This document shows, piece by piece, positions 13,039 to 21,239 of a stretch of 64,000 nucleotides of DNA. The DNA is from Candidatus Binatia bacterium. GTDB taxonomy: Bacteria; Methylomirabilota; Methylomirabilia; Rokubacteriales; CSP1-6. The DNA lies in the NCBI GenBank assembly GCA_035635995.1, contig DASPZZ010000251.1:1086-65085 (forward strand). The letters run 5' to 3'. The notes under the pieces were generated by a model. It saw only the letters and a list, made by a program, of their open reading frames with translations. It was not told the DNA's origin and ran no database searches. Position 1 is the stretch's first letter. Each line of letters starts with the position of its first letter. A program made the translations under genes and the position numbers.

Positions 13039-13266
13039 TCAGGCGGTGACGCCGGATCGAGCCTGCCGGATGATCGCCTCCATCCGGTCCTTGGCCATCA
13101 ACTTCAGCTTTTTCAGCTCGCTGATACGCCACTGCCGGTCCGCCGAGATCGGGGCCGTTCCCTTGAGCGTCTCCAGCTCTTGATCGTGGGCGCGATGCTC
13201 AACCCGGAGACGCCGGAACTCCTCGTTCTCGGCCGTCAGTCGTTCGATGAGGGACTCCTGATCCAT
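13039..13266 (-). CDS. small coiled-coil protein, DUF465/YdcH-like
   Basis: 75 aa (MDQESLIERLTAENEEFRRLRVEHRAHDQELETL...ISELKKLKLMAKDRME). A strong RBS AAGGAGG precedes the ATG, with a near-consensus promoter upstream. Confidence 0.75.
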   Translation of the reverse strand: MDQESLIERLTAENEEFRRLRVEHRAHDQELETLKGTAPISADRQWRISELKKLKLMAKDRMEAIIRQARSGVTA

Positions 13267-13319
13267 GCGAGGCCTCCTTGTGCGGCGGAGGAACCGTCAC
13301 CACTCGATGTAGACGCTTC

Positions 13320-13349
13320 CTTATAGCTCCGAGCCCCCCGGGGTGTCAA
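13320..13349 (-). promoter_or_regulatory. near-consensus sigma70-type promoter for the DUF465-moaC-deacetylase genes
   Basis: The minus strand reads TTGACA (13349-13344), an 18-nt spacer, then TATAAG (13325-13320). This lies ~55 nt upstream of the AAGGAGG RBS and ATG at 13266. Confidence 0.5.
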
Positions 13350-13350
13350 G

Positions 13351-14643
13351 CTACCCGCCGTCGAGCAGTCGCTCGACGATCACGCAGTCGCGCCACTCTC
13401 CCTCGAGCTTGCCGTGGCGTCGATAGACGCCGACCACCCGGAAGCCGCACCGCTCGTGGACGGCCAGGCTCGCGGTGTTTTCCGGAAAAATGCGGGACAC
13501 GATCTTCCAGAAGCCGCGCTCGGCGTAGGCCCGGCACAGCGCCTCCAGGGCCGCGCGCCCGGCGCCGGTGCTCCGGGCCGCGCGGGCGACGTACACCGAA
13601 TGCTCGACGACCCCCGCATAGGCCGGCCGGGCTCGATATGGTCCGGCCGCCGCCCAGCCCACGACCCGGCCGGCGCGCTCGACGACGACGGTGGGATAGC
13701 GGTCGCCCTTCTCGGCGAGGAGCGCGGCGATCTGCTCGGCCGTCCGGGGCGCCGTCTCGAACGTGGCCATGCGATCGGCGATGCCTTCGTTGTAAATCGC
13801 CGCGATGGACGGGGCATCCGCGGCCGTGGCGAGCCGGCTCGTGATGCCGCCGGCCACGGGCTCGGCCCCCGCGTCGCCGCGCCCGTCGCCTCGTCGCCCG
13901 GGGGTCGGCACGAGCCAGCGGAACAGCAGCGTGGCGGCGACGCCACCCACGATCTGCGCCATGACGAAGCCGGGCACGTCGGCCGGGCGGATTCCGGCGA
14001 ACGTATCGCTCGCCGAGCGCGCGAGGGTCACGGTGGGGTTCGCGAACGACGTCGACGCGGTGAACCAGTAGGCCGCCGTGATGTAGGCCGCCACGGCGAA
14101 CGGCACCGCGGCCGCCCGCAGCCTGGCGCATCCCCATATGACGGCCAGCAGGCCGAAGGTGGCCACGAACTCGCTGAACATCTGCGCCGCGCCGTGCCGC
14201 ACGCGGCTCGACGCGAAGAAGATCGGCAGCCCGAACATCAGGTTCGCGGCCGCGACACCCGCGAACGCTCCGGCCGCCTGCGCGGCCACGTAGCCCGGCA
14301 CCTCGCGCCACGCGATCCCCCCCTGGGACGCGTCCGCCAGGGTCACGACCGGATTGAAGTGCGCCCCCGAGATCGGCCCGAAGGTCAGGATCAGCGCGAC
14401 GAGCGCCGCGCCGGTCGCCAGCGTGTTGGCGAGCAGCGCGACCGCGGCGTTGCCGCCCGCGAGGCGCTCGGCCATGATGCCCGACCCCACGACCGCGGCG
14501 AGGAGGAACGCCGAGCCGGCGGCCTCGGCGGTGAGCCTGCGACCGAGCGCGAAGTCCCGGGGCGCCCCGCTCACGCCGCGTTTCTCACGCTCACCCGCTC
14601 CTCTCGTCACGCGTCCCGGTCGGCAAGCCACGTGCGCAGGCAC
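13351..14643 (-). CDS. fusion protein: MIP-family channel (aquaglyceroporin-like) plus C-terminal PAT/ArsN-type GNAT N-acetyltransferase
   Basis: A single 430-aa ORF. Residues ~35-245 form a six-TM MIP channel with variant NPA boxes (SGAHFNPVVT, FANPTVT). Residues ~267-430 form a phosphinothricin/arsinothricin acetyltransferase-like GNAT (IAAIYNEGI...ATFET, VEHSVYV, FPENTASLAVHERCGF). The start is uncertain (GTG 14643 or GTG 14574). Confidence 0.8.
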   Translation of the reverse strand: MPAHVACRPGRVTRGAGEREKRGVSGAPRDFALGRRLTAEAAGSAFLLAAVVGSGIMAERLAGGNAAVALLANTLATGAALVALILTFGPISGAHFNPVVTLADASQGGIAWREVPGYVAAQAAGAFAGVAAANLMFGLPIFFASSRVRHGAAQMFSEFVATFGLLAVIWGCARLRAAAVPFAVAAYITAAYWFTASTSFANPTVTLARSASDTFAGIRPADVPGFVMAQIVGGVAATLLFRWLVPTPGRRGDGRGDAGAEPVAGGITSRLATAADAPSIAAIYNEGIADRMATFETAPRTAEQIAALLAEKGDRYPTVVVERAGRVVGWAAAGPYRARPAYAGVVEHSVYVARAARSTGAGRAALEALCRAYAERGFWKIVSRIFPENTASLAVHERCGFRVVGVYRRHGKLEGEWRDCVIVERLLDGG

Positions 14644-14710
14644 GCCGCGATGGCGTCGCGCACGCGTCGAAAGACGGCGACGCGCTCCTCCTCCGTGCCG
14701 AGGGCCGCCG

Positions 14711-15172
14711 CTAGGAGCTCGTCGAACAGCACGAGGGGGCGCAGCACGACGCGTCCGTCACGACCGGAAGAGTCGCCGCGCCGGCCACACGCGTGTCCTC
14801 CTCGAGGTCGAAGTTGAGGTGGTACACCTCCCACTCGACCCCATCCGGGTCCTGCACCCAGAACTTGTCCTGATTCGCGTGGCAGCAGTCGACGCCCATC
14901 TCCTCGCGCACGGCAAGCCCGCTCGCCTTCACGCGCGCCAGATGCTCGACGACACCCGACGGCGAGTCCAGCTGGACGCCCACGTGATCCACCACACCTC
15001 CCCCGGTCGCCCGACCGGTCGACAGGGCCAGGTTGACCGGCGCCCAGCCCGGAAGGAACTTGACGTACCCGGCCTTCTCCTTGACCGGCGCGGCCCCGAA
15101 GAACCGCGCGTAGAAGTCCCGGCTCTTTCCCAGATCCGCCGCGTGCACGTGAAGATGAACTCGAGCGCTCAT
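14711..15172 (-). CDS. arsI: ArsI/CadI-family C-As lyase (VOC/glyoxalase fold dioxygenase)
   Basis: 153 aa. It carries the vicinal Cys pair in VDCCHANQDKFWVQDPDGVEWEVY and a Cys-rich tail (ASCCAPSCCSTSS), as in characterised ArsI. An AGGAGGG RBS lies upstream. Confidence 0.8.
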   Translation of the reverse strand: MSARVHLHVHAADLGKSRDFYARFFGAAPVKEKAGYVKFLPGWAPVNLALSTGRATGGGVVDHVGVQLDSPSGVVEHLARVKASGLAVREEMGVDCCHANQDKFWVQDPDGVEWEVYHLNFDLEEDTRVAGAATLPVVTDASCCAPSCCSTSS

Positions 15173-15184
15173 GGCACCCTCCTG

Positions 15185-15216
15185 TTCTATATTTCGAAGA
15201 TTATCGAAATATAGAA
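15185..15216. promoter_or_regulatory. perfect 13-6-13 inverted repeat operator (ArsR/SmtB-type candidate) overlapping the arsI promoter
   Basis: TTCTATATTTCGA-AGATTA-TCGAAATATAGAA. It is AT-rich in a 70% GC background and lies 13 nt upstream of the arsI ATG. Confidence 0.6.
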
Positions 15217-15227
15217 CCTGATGTCAA
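15200..15227 (-). promoter_or_regulatory. sigma70-type promoter of arsI
   Basis: The minus strand reads TTGACA (15227-15222), a 16-nt spacer, then GATAAT (15205-15200), followed by AGGAGGG and the ATG at 15172. The operator arms bracket the -10 element. Confidence 0.55.
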
Positions 15228-15254
15228 GCCCCAGCTCTCGGCCGCGCGGGGACC

Positions 15255-16349
15255 CTACCCCGGCCCGATCAGGTGCGCGGCGCTCGCCTTGAACGCGGCG
15301 ACGATCGGCGTGCCCTCGGCCAGGCCCAGATCGGCGACGGAGCGCGCCGTCACGGTGGCGACGAGCGGGAAGCCGACGTCGACGACGACGCGGGTCGCCG
15401 GCGTCGACGGCGTGACGCGCACGATCGTCCCGGCCAGATAGTTGCGGGCGCTCGACAACGGCGCGACCTCGGTCGGGAGCAGGAGCGTGATGTCCTCGGG
15501 CCGGAGGCCGAGCCGCACGCGCTCGCCGACCCGCGCGGCCGCGGCGATCTCGACCTTGCGGCCCGCCACCTCGACGACGGTGACCCCGGCCTCGCGCGCG
15601 ATCACCTGCCCCGTCACCAGCGTCTCGACGCCGACGAAGCGCGCGACCGCCTCGGACGCGGGCGCGTGGAAGACGCCCGCGGTCGCGTCGAGCTGCACGA
15701 TCCGTCCCCCCATCAGCACCGCGACCCGGTCGGCGAGCGCCTGCGCCTCTGCACGGTCGTGGGTGACCAGGATCGTCGTGACGCGGTCCTGGCGCAGGAT
15801 GGCCCCCACGTCGGGCAGCAGCTCGGCCTGCGACGGCGCGTCGAGCCCCGAAAACGGCTCGTCGAGCAGCAGCACCTCGGGCTCGAGGACGAGCGCCCGC
15901 GCCAGCGCGACGCGCTGCGCCTGGCCCCTCGAGAGCGTCCGGGCCCGCTGAGCGCGGAGCGGCGCGATGTTGAGGCGCTCGAGCCATCGCTCGACGCGGG
16001 TCCCGTTCGCGTCGAGTCCGGCGCCGCGGAACCGGAGGCCAAGCGCGACGTTGTCGGCGACGGCCATGTCGGCCAGGAGCGGATGCTGGAACACCGTCGC
16101 CATGCGCCGCCGCTCCGCCAGCGAGTGCTTCGCGTCCACCCGACGGCCGTGGAATCGGACGGTGCCCTGCGTCGGACGCTCGAGCAGTGCGAGGACGCGC
16201 AGGAGCGTCGACTTGCCGCTGCCGTTGGGGCCGACGACGGCCAGGATCTCGCCCGGCCGCACGCCGAGCGCCGGCACGTCGAGCACGGTGGCGCCGACGT
16301 AGGTGACCTGGACGCCGGTCAGCTCGACGACATCGGCCGGCGGGGTCAC
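15255..16349 (-). CDS. ABC transporter ATP-binding protein with C-terminal TOBE/Mop domain (ModC/TupC-like), copy 2
   Basis: 364 aa from GTG 16349 (GTGA overlap with the upstream ATPase). Walker A GPNGSGKST, signature LSRGQAQRV, Walker B LLLDEPFSGLD. The C-terminal TOBE-like stretch is NYLAGTIVRV...VATVTARS. Confidence 0.85.
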   Translation of the reverse strand: MTPPADVVELTGVQVTYVGATVLDVPALGVRPGEILAVVGPNGSGKSTLLRVLALLERPTQGTVRFHGRRVDAKHSLAERRRMATVFQHPLLADMAVADNVALGLRFRGAGLDANGTRVERWLERLNIAPLRAQRARTLSRGQAQRVALARALVLEPEVLLLDEPFSGLDAPSQAELLPDVGAILRQDRVTTILVTHDRAEAQALADRVAVLMGGRIVQLDATAGVFHAPASEAVARFVGVETLVTGQVIAREAGVTVVEVAGRKVEIAAAARVGERVRLGLRPEDITLLLPTEVAPLSSARNYLAGTIVRVTPSTPATRVVVDVGFPLVATVTARSVADLGLAEGTPIVAAFKASAAHLIGPG

Positions 16350-17473
16350 GTCGGTAGGACGTGGATCGAGCCGCGGTGGATCGAGAACTCCCACCGGCGG
16401 TCGCGCTCGATCTCGAGGATCTCGTAGACGAGGTGCGGCACCTCGACCTCGAGGTCGAAGTCGTCCTGCGCCGGCGTGCCCGGCGTGTCGAGCCGCAGGC
16501 GCAACGACCACACCGTGCCGAAATCGGCCTCGCCCACGATGCGCCCGCGCATCAGGTTCATGTGGTGGGCGACGTCCGGCGCGCCGCGGTCCTTGCGGAT
16601 CAGCCGCACGTACTCCGGCCGGATGAAGAAGGCGATGGGGCTCTCGGGCGGCGGCAGGTACGAGCGGGTCGGCGAGTTCACCGCCTCGAGCGTGTGGCCG
16701 CGCCAGGCGATCTGGATGCGATCGGGCATCGCCTTCACGACGGTCCCGCGCAGCACGTTGGAGAGCCCCATGATGCGGGCCACGGATTCCGAGGCCGGCT
16801 GCCAGAGCAGCTCCGACCGCGGGGCCGACTGGATGACCCGTCCATGCTCGTAGACGACGATCCGGTCGGCGAGCCGGTACGCCTCGGTGAAGTCGTGCGT
16901 GACGACGACGGCGGCGGTCCCAATCCCGCTCAAGATCTCGCGGAGCTCATCGCGTAGCGCCCGACGCAGCGGCGCGTCCAGCGCCGACAAGGGCTCGTCG
17001 AGCAGCAGGAGGGCCGGGTCGATCGCGAGCGCCCGACCGAGCGCCACCCGCTGGCGCTGACCTCCGGAGAGCTCATGCGGATAGCGCTGCTCCAGGCCGC
17101 GCAGCCCGAGTCGCTCGATCACCTCCGCGGTGCGCCGTGCGCGGTCATCGCGCGGGCGCCCCTGAAGACCGAACGCGAGGTTCCTTGCAACGGTCAGATG
17201 CGGGAAGAGCGCGTAGCCCTGGAACACGTAGCCGATGCGGCGTTGCCGCGGTGAGAGATCGATGCCCGCCACCGCGTCGAAGAAGACCCGCTCGCCGACC
17301 GCGATCCGCCCACCGTCCGGCCGGACGAGCCCGGCCAGGCACTGGAGCGTCAGCGTCTTGCCCGCGCCGGAGGGACCGAACAGACCGAGGACCGATCGCT
17401 CCGCCTCCCAGCTCACGTCCAGCGTGAAGCCGGGGAGGGATTTCGTGATCGCCACCGACACCCCGCCGCTCAT
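16346..17473 (-). CDS. ABC transporter ATP-binding protein with C-terminal TOBE-like domain (ModC-like), copy 1
   Basis: 375 aa from ATG 17473. Walker A GPSGAGKT, signature LSGGQRQRV, Walker B LLLDEPLSALD. Confidence 0.85.
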   Translation of the reverse strand: MSGGVSVAITKSLPGFTLDVSWEAERSVLGLFGPSGAGKTLTLQCLAGLVRPDGGRIAVGERVFFDAVAGIDLSPRQRRIGYVFQGYALFPHLTVARNLAFGLQGRPRDDRARRTAEVIERLGLRGLEQRYPHELSGGQRQRVALGRALAIDPALLLLDEPLSALDAPLRRALRDELREILSGIGTAAVVVTHDFTEAYRLADRIVVYEHGRVIQSAPRSELLWQPASESVARIMGLSNVLRGTVVKAMPDRIQIAWRGHTLEAVNSPTRSYLPPPESPIAFFIRPEYVRLIRKDRGAPDVAHHMNLMRGRIVGEADFGTVWSLRLRLDTPGTPAQDDFDLEVEVPHLVYEILEIERDRRWEFSIHRGSIHVLPT

Positions 17474-17475
17474 GG

Positions 17476-18129
17476 CTAGTACCGCAGCCGCGCGAGTCGA
17501 CTCAGGCCGAAGAGCAGCACGACGACGATACCGACGGCGACCAGCGCGAGGGCGTTCGCTTCGCCCATCTGGTTGGCCTGGACCCGATCGTAGATCGCCA
17601 GCGGCAGCGTCTGCGTGCGGCCTGGAATGTTCCCGGCCACCATGAGGGTGATCCCGAACTCCCCCAGCGCACGGCAGAATGCCAGGACCGTCCCGGCGAG
17701 CACCGAGCGCCAGGCGAGCGGGAGCGTGACGCTCCAGAACACGCTCCACTCCGAGCGCCCGAGGGTCCGCGCGGCCTGCTCGAGCTGCGCGTCCACGGAT
17801 TCGAAGCCCGCCTGCGCGGATTTGATGACGAGCGCGATCGATCCGACGCAGGCGGCAAGCACCGCGGCTCCCGGGGTGAAGGCGAGCTCGAGCCCGATCG
17901 ACGCAAGCGCACGACCGACGGGGCCTCGGTACCCGATGGCGACGAGGAGGTAGTAGCCGAGCACTGTGGGCGGCAGCACTAACGGAAGGACGACGACCGC
18001 CTCGAGCGCGTTGCGCCCAAGGAACCGCTTGCGGGCGAGAACCCAGGCGATCGGGACGCCCGTGAGCAGCGTCAGCGCCGTGGCGCTGAGCGCGACGCGC
18101 AGCGAAAGCCAGATAGGGAAGAAGTCCAC
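17476..18129 (-). CDS. modB: molybdate ABC transporter permease
   Basis: 217 aa. ModB/CysT-type permease with the EAA loop ([22 protein letters not shown]) and [14 protein letters not shown]. Confidence 0.85.
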   Translation of the reverse strand: MDFFPIWLSLRVALSATALTLLTGVPIAWVLARKRFLGRNALEAVVVLPLVLPPTVLGYYLLVAIGYRGPVGRALASIGLELAFTPGAAVLAACVGSIALVIKSAQAGFESVDAQLEQAARTLGRSEWSVFWSVTLPLAWRSVLAGTVLAFCRALGEFGITLMVAGNIPGRTQTLPLAIYDRVQANQMGEANALALVAVGIVVVLLFGLSRLARLRY

Positions 18130-18136
18130 GGCCGGT

Positions 18137-18910
18137 TCAGAATTCCCCGGGCAACAGGAACCCGTAGCGCTTCATGATGGGGCGCCCCTCCGGCCCGTTG
18201 ACGAACTGGATGAATGCCAGGCCCAGCTCTGGTCGCGCGCTGCGGCGTACGACGACGGCGGCCTGGTCGAGCGGGGCGTGCATCGCGGCGTCGATGGGGA
18301 CCCAGTCGACTTCCGGGACGTCGGTGACGGAGCGCGCGACGATCCCGGCCTCCACCGCGCCCGTCTGGACGAACTGCAGCGCGTGCCGGATGTTTTCGCC
18401 GAACACGAGCTTCGGGCGGAGCGCCTCCCAGAGCCCGGCCTTCCTCAGCGCCTGCTCCGCCGCCCGCCCGTACGGCGCGTGCGCAGGGTTCGCGATCGCG
18501 ATATGCCGAACCCGCGGGTCCAGGAGACCGCGCAGCTCGGTGAGCTTCGCTCCGAACGCCCTCGCGGTGACGAGGACGATCCGGCCTTGCGCGTACAGCG
18601 TTCGCGTCTCGCGGAGCGCGACGCCTTCGGCGATCAAGGCATCGACGAACGACTGATCGGCGGCGAAGAAGACGTCGGCCGGGCCCCCCTGGCGGATCTG
18701 GTGAGCGAAGTTCCCGGTGGAGCCGAATACCAGCGTGACGCGCGCGCCCGTCGCCTTCTCGAAGTGCGGGGCGATCTCCTTGAGGGCGAAGGTGAGGTCC
18801 GACGCTGCGAACACGGTCAACGGCGCCGGATCAGCGGCGCCGGTCGAGCCGGCTCCGAGGGCGAAGCCGCACACGAGCGCGAGGCCGAGCGACAGGGAAT
18901 GACGCATCAT
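18137..18910 (-). CDS. modA: molybdate ABC transporter substrate-binding protein
   Basis: 257 aa from ATG 18910, with a signal peptide and the ModA pattern (LTVFAASDL...[26 protein letters not shown]). RBS GGGAGGGG upstream. Confidence 0.85.
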   Translation of the reverse strand: MMRHSLSLGLALVCGFALGAGSTGAADPAPLTVFAASDLTFALKEIAPHFEKATGARVTLVFGSTGNFAHQIRQGGPADVFFAADQSFVDALIAEGVALRETRTLYAQGRIVLVTARAFGAKLTELRGLLDPRVRHIAIANPAHAPYGRAAEQALRKAGLWEALRPKLVFGENIRHALQFVQTGAVEAGIVARSVTDVPEVDWVPIDAAMHAPLDQAAVVVRRSARPELGLAFIQFVNGPEGRPIMKRYGFLLPGEF

Positions 18911-18936
18911 CCCCTCCCATTCTATAGGGCGCGCTC

Positions 18937-19632
18937 TCAACGCGCGCCGCGTTGCTGGATCGCCGTCAGCGCCCAGTTCACGAGGAAGATCAGCACGAGG
19001 AGCAGCAGCGCCAGCGCGATGGCGACGTCGAAGTTCCCCTTGCCGGTCTCGAGCACCATCGCCGTCGTCAGCGTGCGCGTCTGCCCTTTGATGTTGCCGC
19101 CGACCATCATCGAGGCGCCGATCTCCGAGATGATCCCGCCGAACCCGGCCATGACCGCGGCGAGCATGGGCAGGCGCGCCTCGCGCAGCACCATCCACAC
19201 CATCTGGGCCCGCGAGGCGCCCAGCGCCAGGAGCTGGAGCCGGAACTCGCGGGGCACCTGCCCGACGGCGGCGAGCGTGATGCCGGTCACGATCGGCGAG
19301 GCGATGACGGCCTGCGCGATCACGATGGCGGCAGGGGTGTACAGGATCTCCCACCCGCCAAGCGGGCCGCTGCGCCACAGGAGAAGCGTCACGAAGAGCC
19401 CGACCACGACCGGGGGGAGGCCCATCCCGGTGTTCACCACGCTCACGACGAGCCCGCGCCCGGGAAAGCGCGCGAGCGCCAGCGCCGCGCCGGCCGGGAT
19501 GCCCAGGGCCAGCGAGATCAGCGTGGCGCTCCCCGAGACCTGGAGCGACAGCCCGAGAATCCCCCAGATCTCACGGTCGGCGCCGACGATGAGATCGATC
19601 GCCTGCCGGACGCCGCTCCACAGAAGGTCCAT
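18937..19632 (-). CDS. ABC transporter permease, TupB-like (tungstate/oxyanion type)
   Basis: 231 aa. Its permease core is distinct from ModB (GASRAQMVWMVLREARLPMLAAVMAGFGGIISEIGASMMVGGNIKGQTRTLT). Confidence 0.8.
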   Translation of the reverse strand: MDLLWSGVRQAIDLIVGADREIWGILGLSLQVSGSATLISLALGIPAGAALALARFPGRGLVVSVVNTGMGLPPVVVGLFVTLLLWRSGPLGGWEILYTPAAIVIAQAVIASPIVTGITLAAVGQVPREFRLQLLALGASRAQMVWMVLREARLPMLAAVMAGFGGIISEIGASMMVGGNIKGQTRTLTTAMVLETGKGNFDVAIALALLLLVLIFLVNWALTAIQQRGAR

Positions 19633-19672
19633 CGGGCGACGAGTGTACTAGAATCCCCTCAGGAGGATACCC

Positions 19673-20203
19673 ATGGCCGACGAACGAAAAGGCGCTGTCA
19701 CGCTCCGCGGCAACCCCATCACGCTCGGTGGGCCCGAGCTCAAGCCCGGCCAGAGCGCGCCCGACTTCACCGCGCTCGACAACGGGCTCAAGCCGGTCAA
19801 GCTGAGCGAGGCGACGGGCAAGGTGATCATCCTGAGCTCGGTGCCGTCGCTCGACACCCCTACCTGCGACACCGAGACGCGACGCTTCAACCAGGAAGCG
19901 GCGAAGCTCGGCGCCGGCGTCGAGATCTGGACGATCAGCCGCGACCTGCCGTTCGCCCAGAAGCGCTGGTGCGGCGCCGCCGGAGTCTCGGCCGTCAAGA
20001 CGTTGTCGGACTTCCGCGAGCGCGCGTTTGGTCCCGCCTACGGCGTCGAGATCAAGGACGGACCGATCGCCGGCCTCACCGCGCGCGCGGTCTTCGTGGT
20101 CGGCAAGGACGGCAAAGTGAAGCATGTCGAGTACGTCAAGGAGATCGGGTCCGAGCCGAACTACGACGCGGCGCTGGCGGCGGCGAAGTCGGCCGCGAGC
20201 TGA
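19673..20203 (+). CDS. tpx: thiol peroxidase (atypical 2-Cys peroxiredoxin)
   Basis: 176 aa with PDFTAL..., SVPSLDTPTCDTE (peroxidatic Cys) and a later RWCGA. AGGAGGA RBS upstream. Confidence 0.9.
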   Translation: MADERKGAVTLRGNPITLGGPELKPGQSAPDFTALDNGLKPVKLSEATGKVIILSSVPSLDTPTCDTETRRFNQEAAKLGAGVEIWTISRDLPFAQKRWCGAAGVSAVKTLSDFRERAFGPAYGVEIKDGPIAGLTARAVFVVGKDGKVKHVEYVKEIGSEPNYDAALAAAKSAAS

Positions 20204-20209
20204 GCGGCC

Positions 20210-21163
20210 TCAGGTCCCGGGCGCCCGCTCGAAGACGACGGTCACCGGCTTCGCGAAGCGCCCTTTGGCGGACGCCATCACCGGCATGGCCGCGGGCCCG
20301 ATCCTCAGGGTGACGGTGTGCGCGGTGTCCGGCAGGGTCACGCTGGCGCCGTAGTGGAAGCCCTGGCCGCCGACCATCGGTGAGAGCTTCACCGCGCGCG
20401 CGGGCTTGCCCGAAGCGCGAATCGTCGCCGTCACCGGAAGATATGGGACCGGCTCGCCGGTCGCGCGGTCGCTGACGAAGACCATCAGGTGGCCGGGCGC
20501 GGCGGACGGCGCGGCGTGCCCGGCGTGCCCGCCGTGGCCGGCGCCACCCCGGTAGTCGAGGCGGATCGCGTAGTCACCCGCCGTCCTTTCCACGGGCGCC
20601 GCGCCGTGCTCGTGCCCGCCGCCCGTGAGGCCCTTGAGGAACGCGACGAGATCGACGAGCTGCGTGACACTCAGGCTGTCGGCGTAGCTCGGCATGATCG
20701 ACTTCCCGTCCGGACCGGTGTAGCCGGAACCCTCCAGGATCACCGCGTTCGGCGACAGGATCGACTCGGCGAAATACTCGGCCGGGTGCATGCCGCCCAT
20801 CCCCGTCAGCTCAGGACCAACGTTCTTCGCGTCCCCGCCCGCCCGCGGGAAGCTCTCACCCTGGATCGCGTGGCACTTGTAGCACTCGAGATCGGCGAAG
20901 ACCTGCTTCCCCTTCGCCGGATCCCCAGCCGGTAGCGCGAACTTCCATCCCCGCGGCACGCCGCCCGCCTGGTGCAGCTCCTCCATCGTGATCTTCCGCG
21001 CCCCCACCGCCCCCGGGGTCGCAGCACTCGGCGCCGACGCAGCGGGCGACATCGTATGTCCCTGGTGCTGTCCAGAAACCCCAGACACCGCCACCGCGAG
21101 CGCAGCGAGACCAAGACATGCCCCGCCGACCACTGCCCTCGCCCTACCTAACATGCTGGTCAT
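20210..21163 (-). CDS. secreted mono-haem c-type cytochrome fused to a His-rich linker and a C-terminal beta-sandwich-like domain
   Basis: 317 aa with a signal peptide and the haem motif CYKCH with a distal IMPSY. The linker is GGGHEHG...GGAGHGGHAGHAAP. The C-terminal stretch (HLMVFVSDRATGEPVPYLPVTATI...SPMVGGQGFHYGASVTL) resembles periplasmic metal-binding (P19/FTP- or YtkA-like) domains. Confidence 0.75.
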   Translation of the reverse strand: MTSMLGRARAVVGGACLGLAALAVAVSGVSGQHQGHTMSPAASAPSAATPGAVGARKITMEELHQAGGVPRGWKFALPAGDPAKGKQVFADLECYKCHAIQGESFPRAGGDAKNVGPELTGMGGMHPAEYFAESILSPNAVILEGSGYTGPDGKSIMPSYADSLSVTQLVDLVAFLKGLTGGGHEHGAAPVERTAGDYAIRLDYRGGAGHGGHAGHAAPSAAPGHLMVFVSDRATGEPVPYLPVTATIRASGKPARAVKLSPMVGGQGFHYGASVTLPDTAHTVTLRIGPAAMPVMASAKGRFAKPVTVVFERAPGT

Positions 21164-21239
21164 GAGTCACCTCGATCGCGAACCCGCCTGACGCACCCCG
21201 TAACCGGCTGCCCCGGCGTCCGCCGCCCGGCCCCCGCCT

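Noticed and set aside
14607-14834. 75-aa ORF between arsI and the aquaporin-GNAT gene, considered as a possible missing ArsR
   Set aside because: It overlaps arsI in another frame for more than half its length. It has no winged-helix or metal-binding (ELCVCDL-type) motif, and only ~35 codons lie in the true intergenic space.
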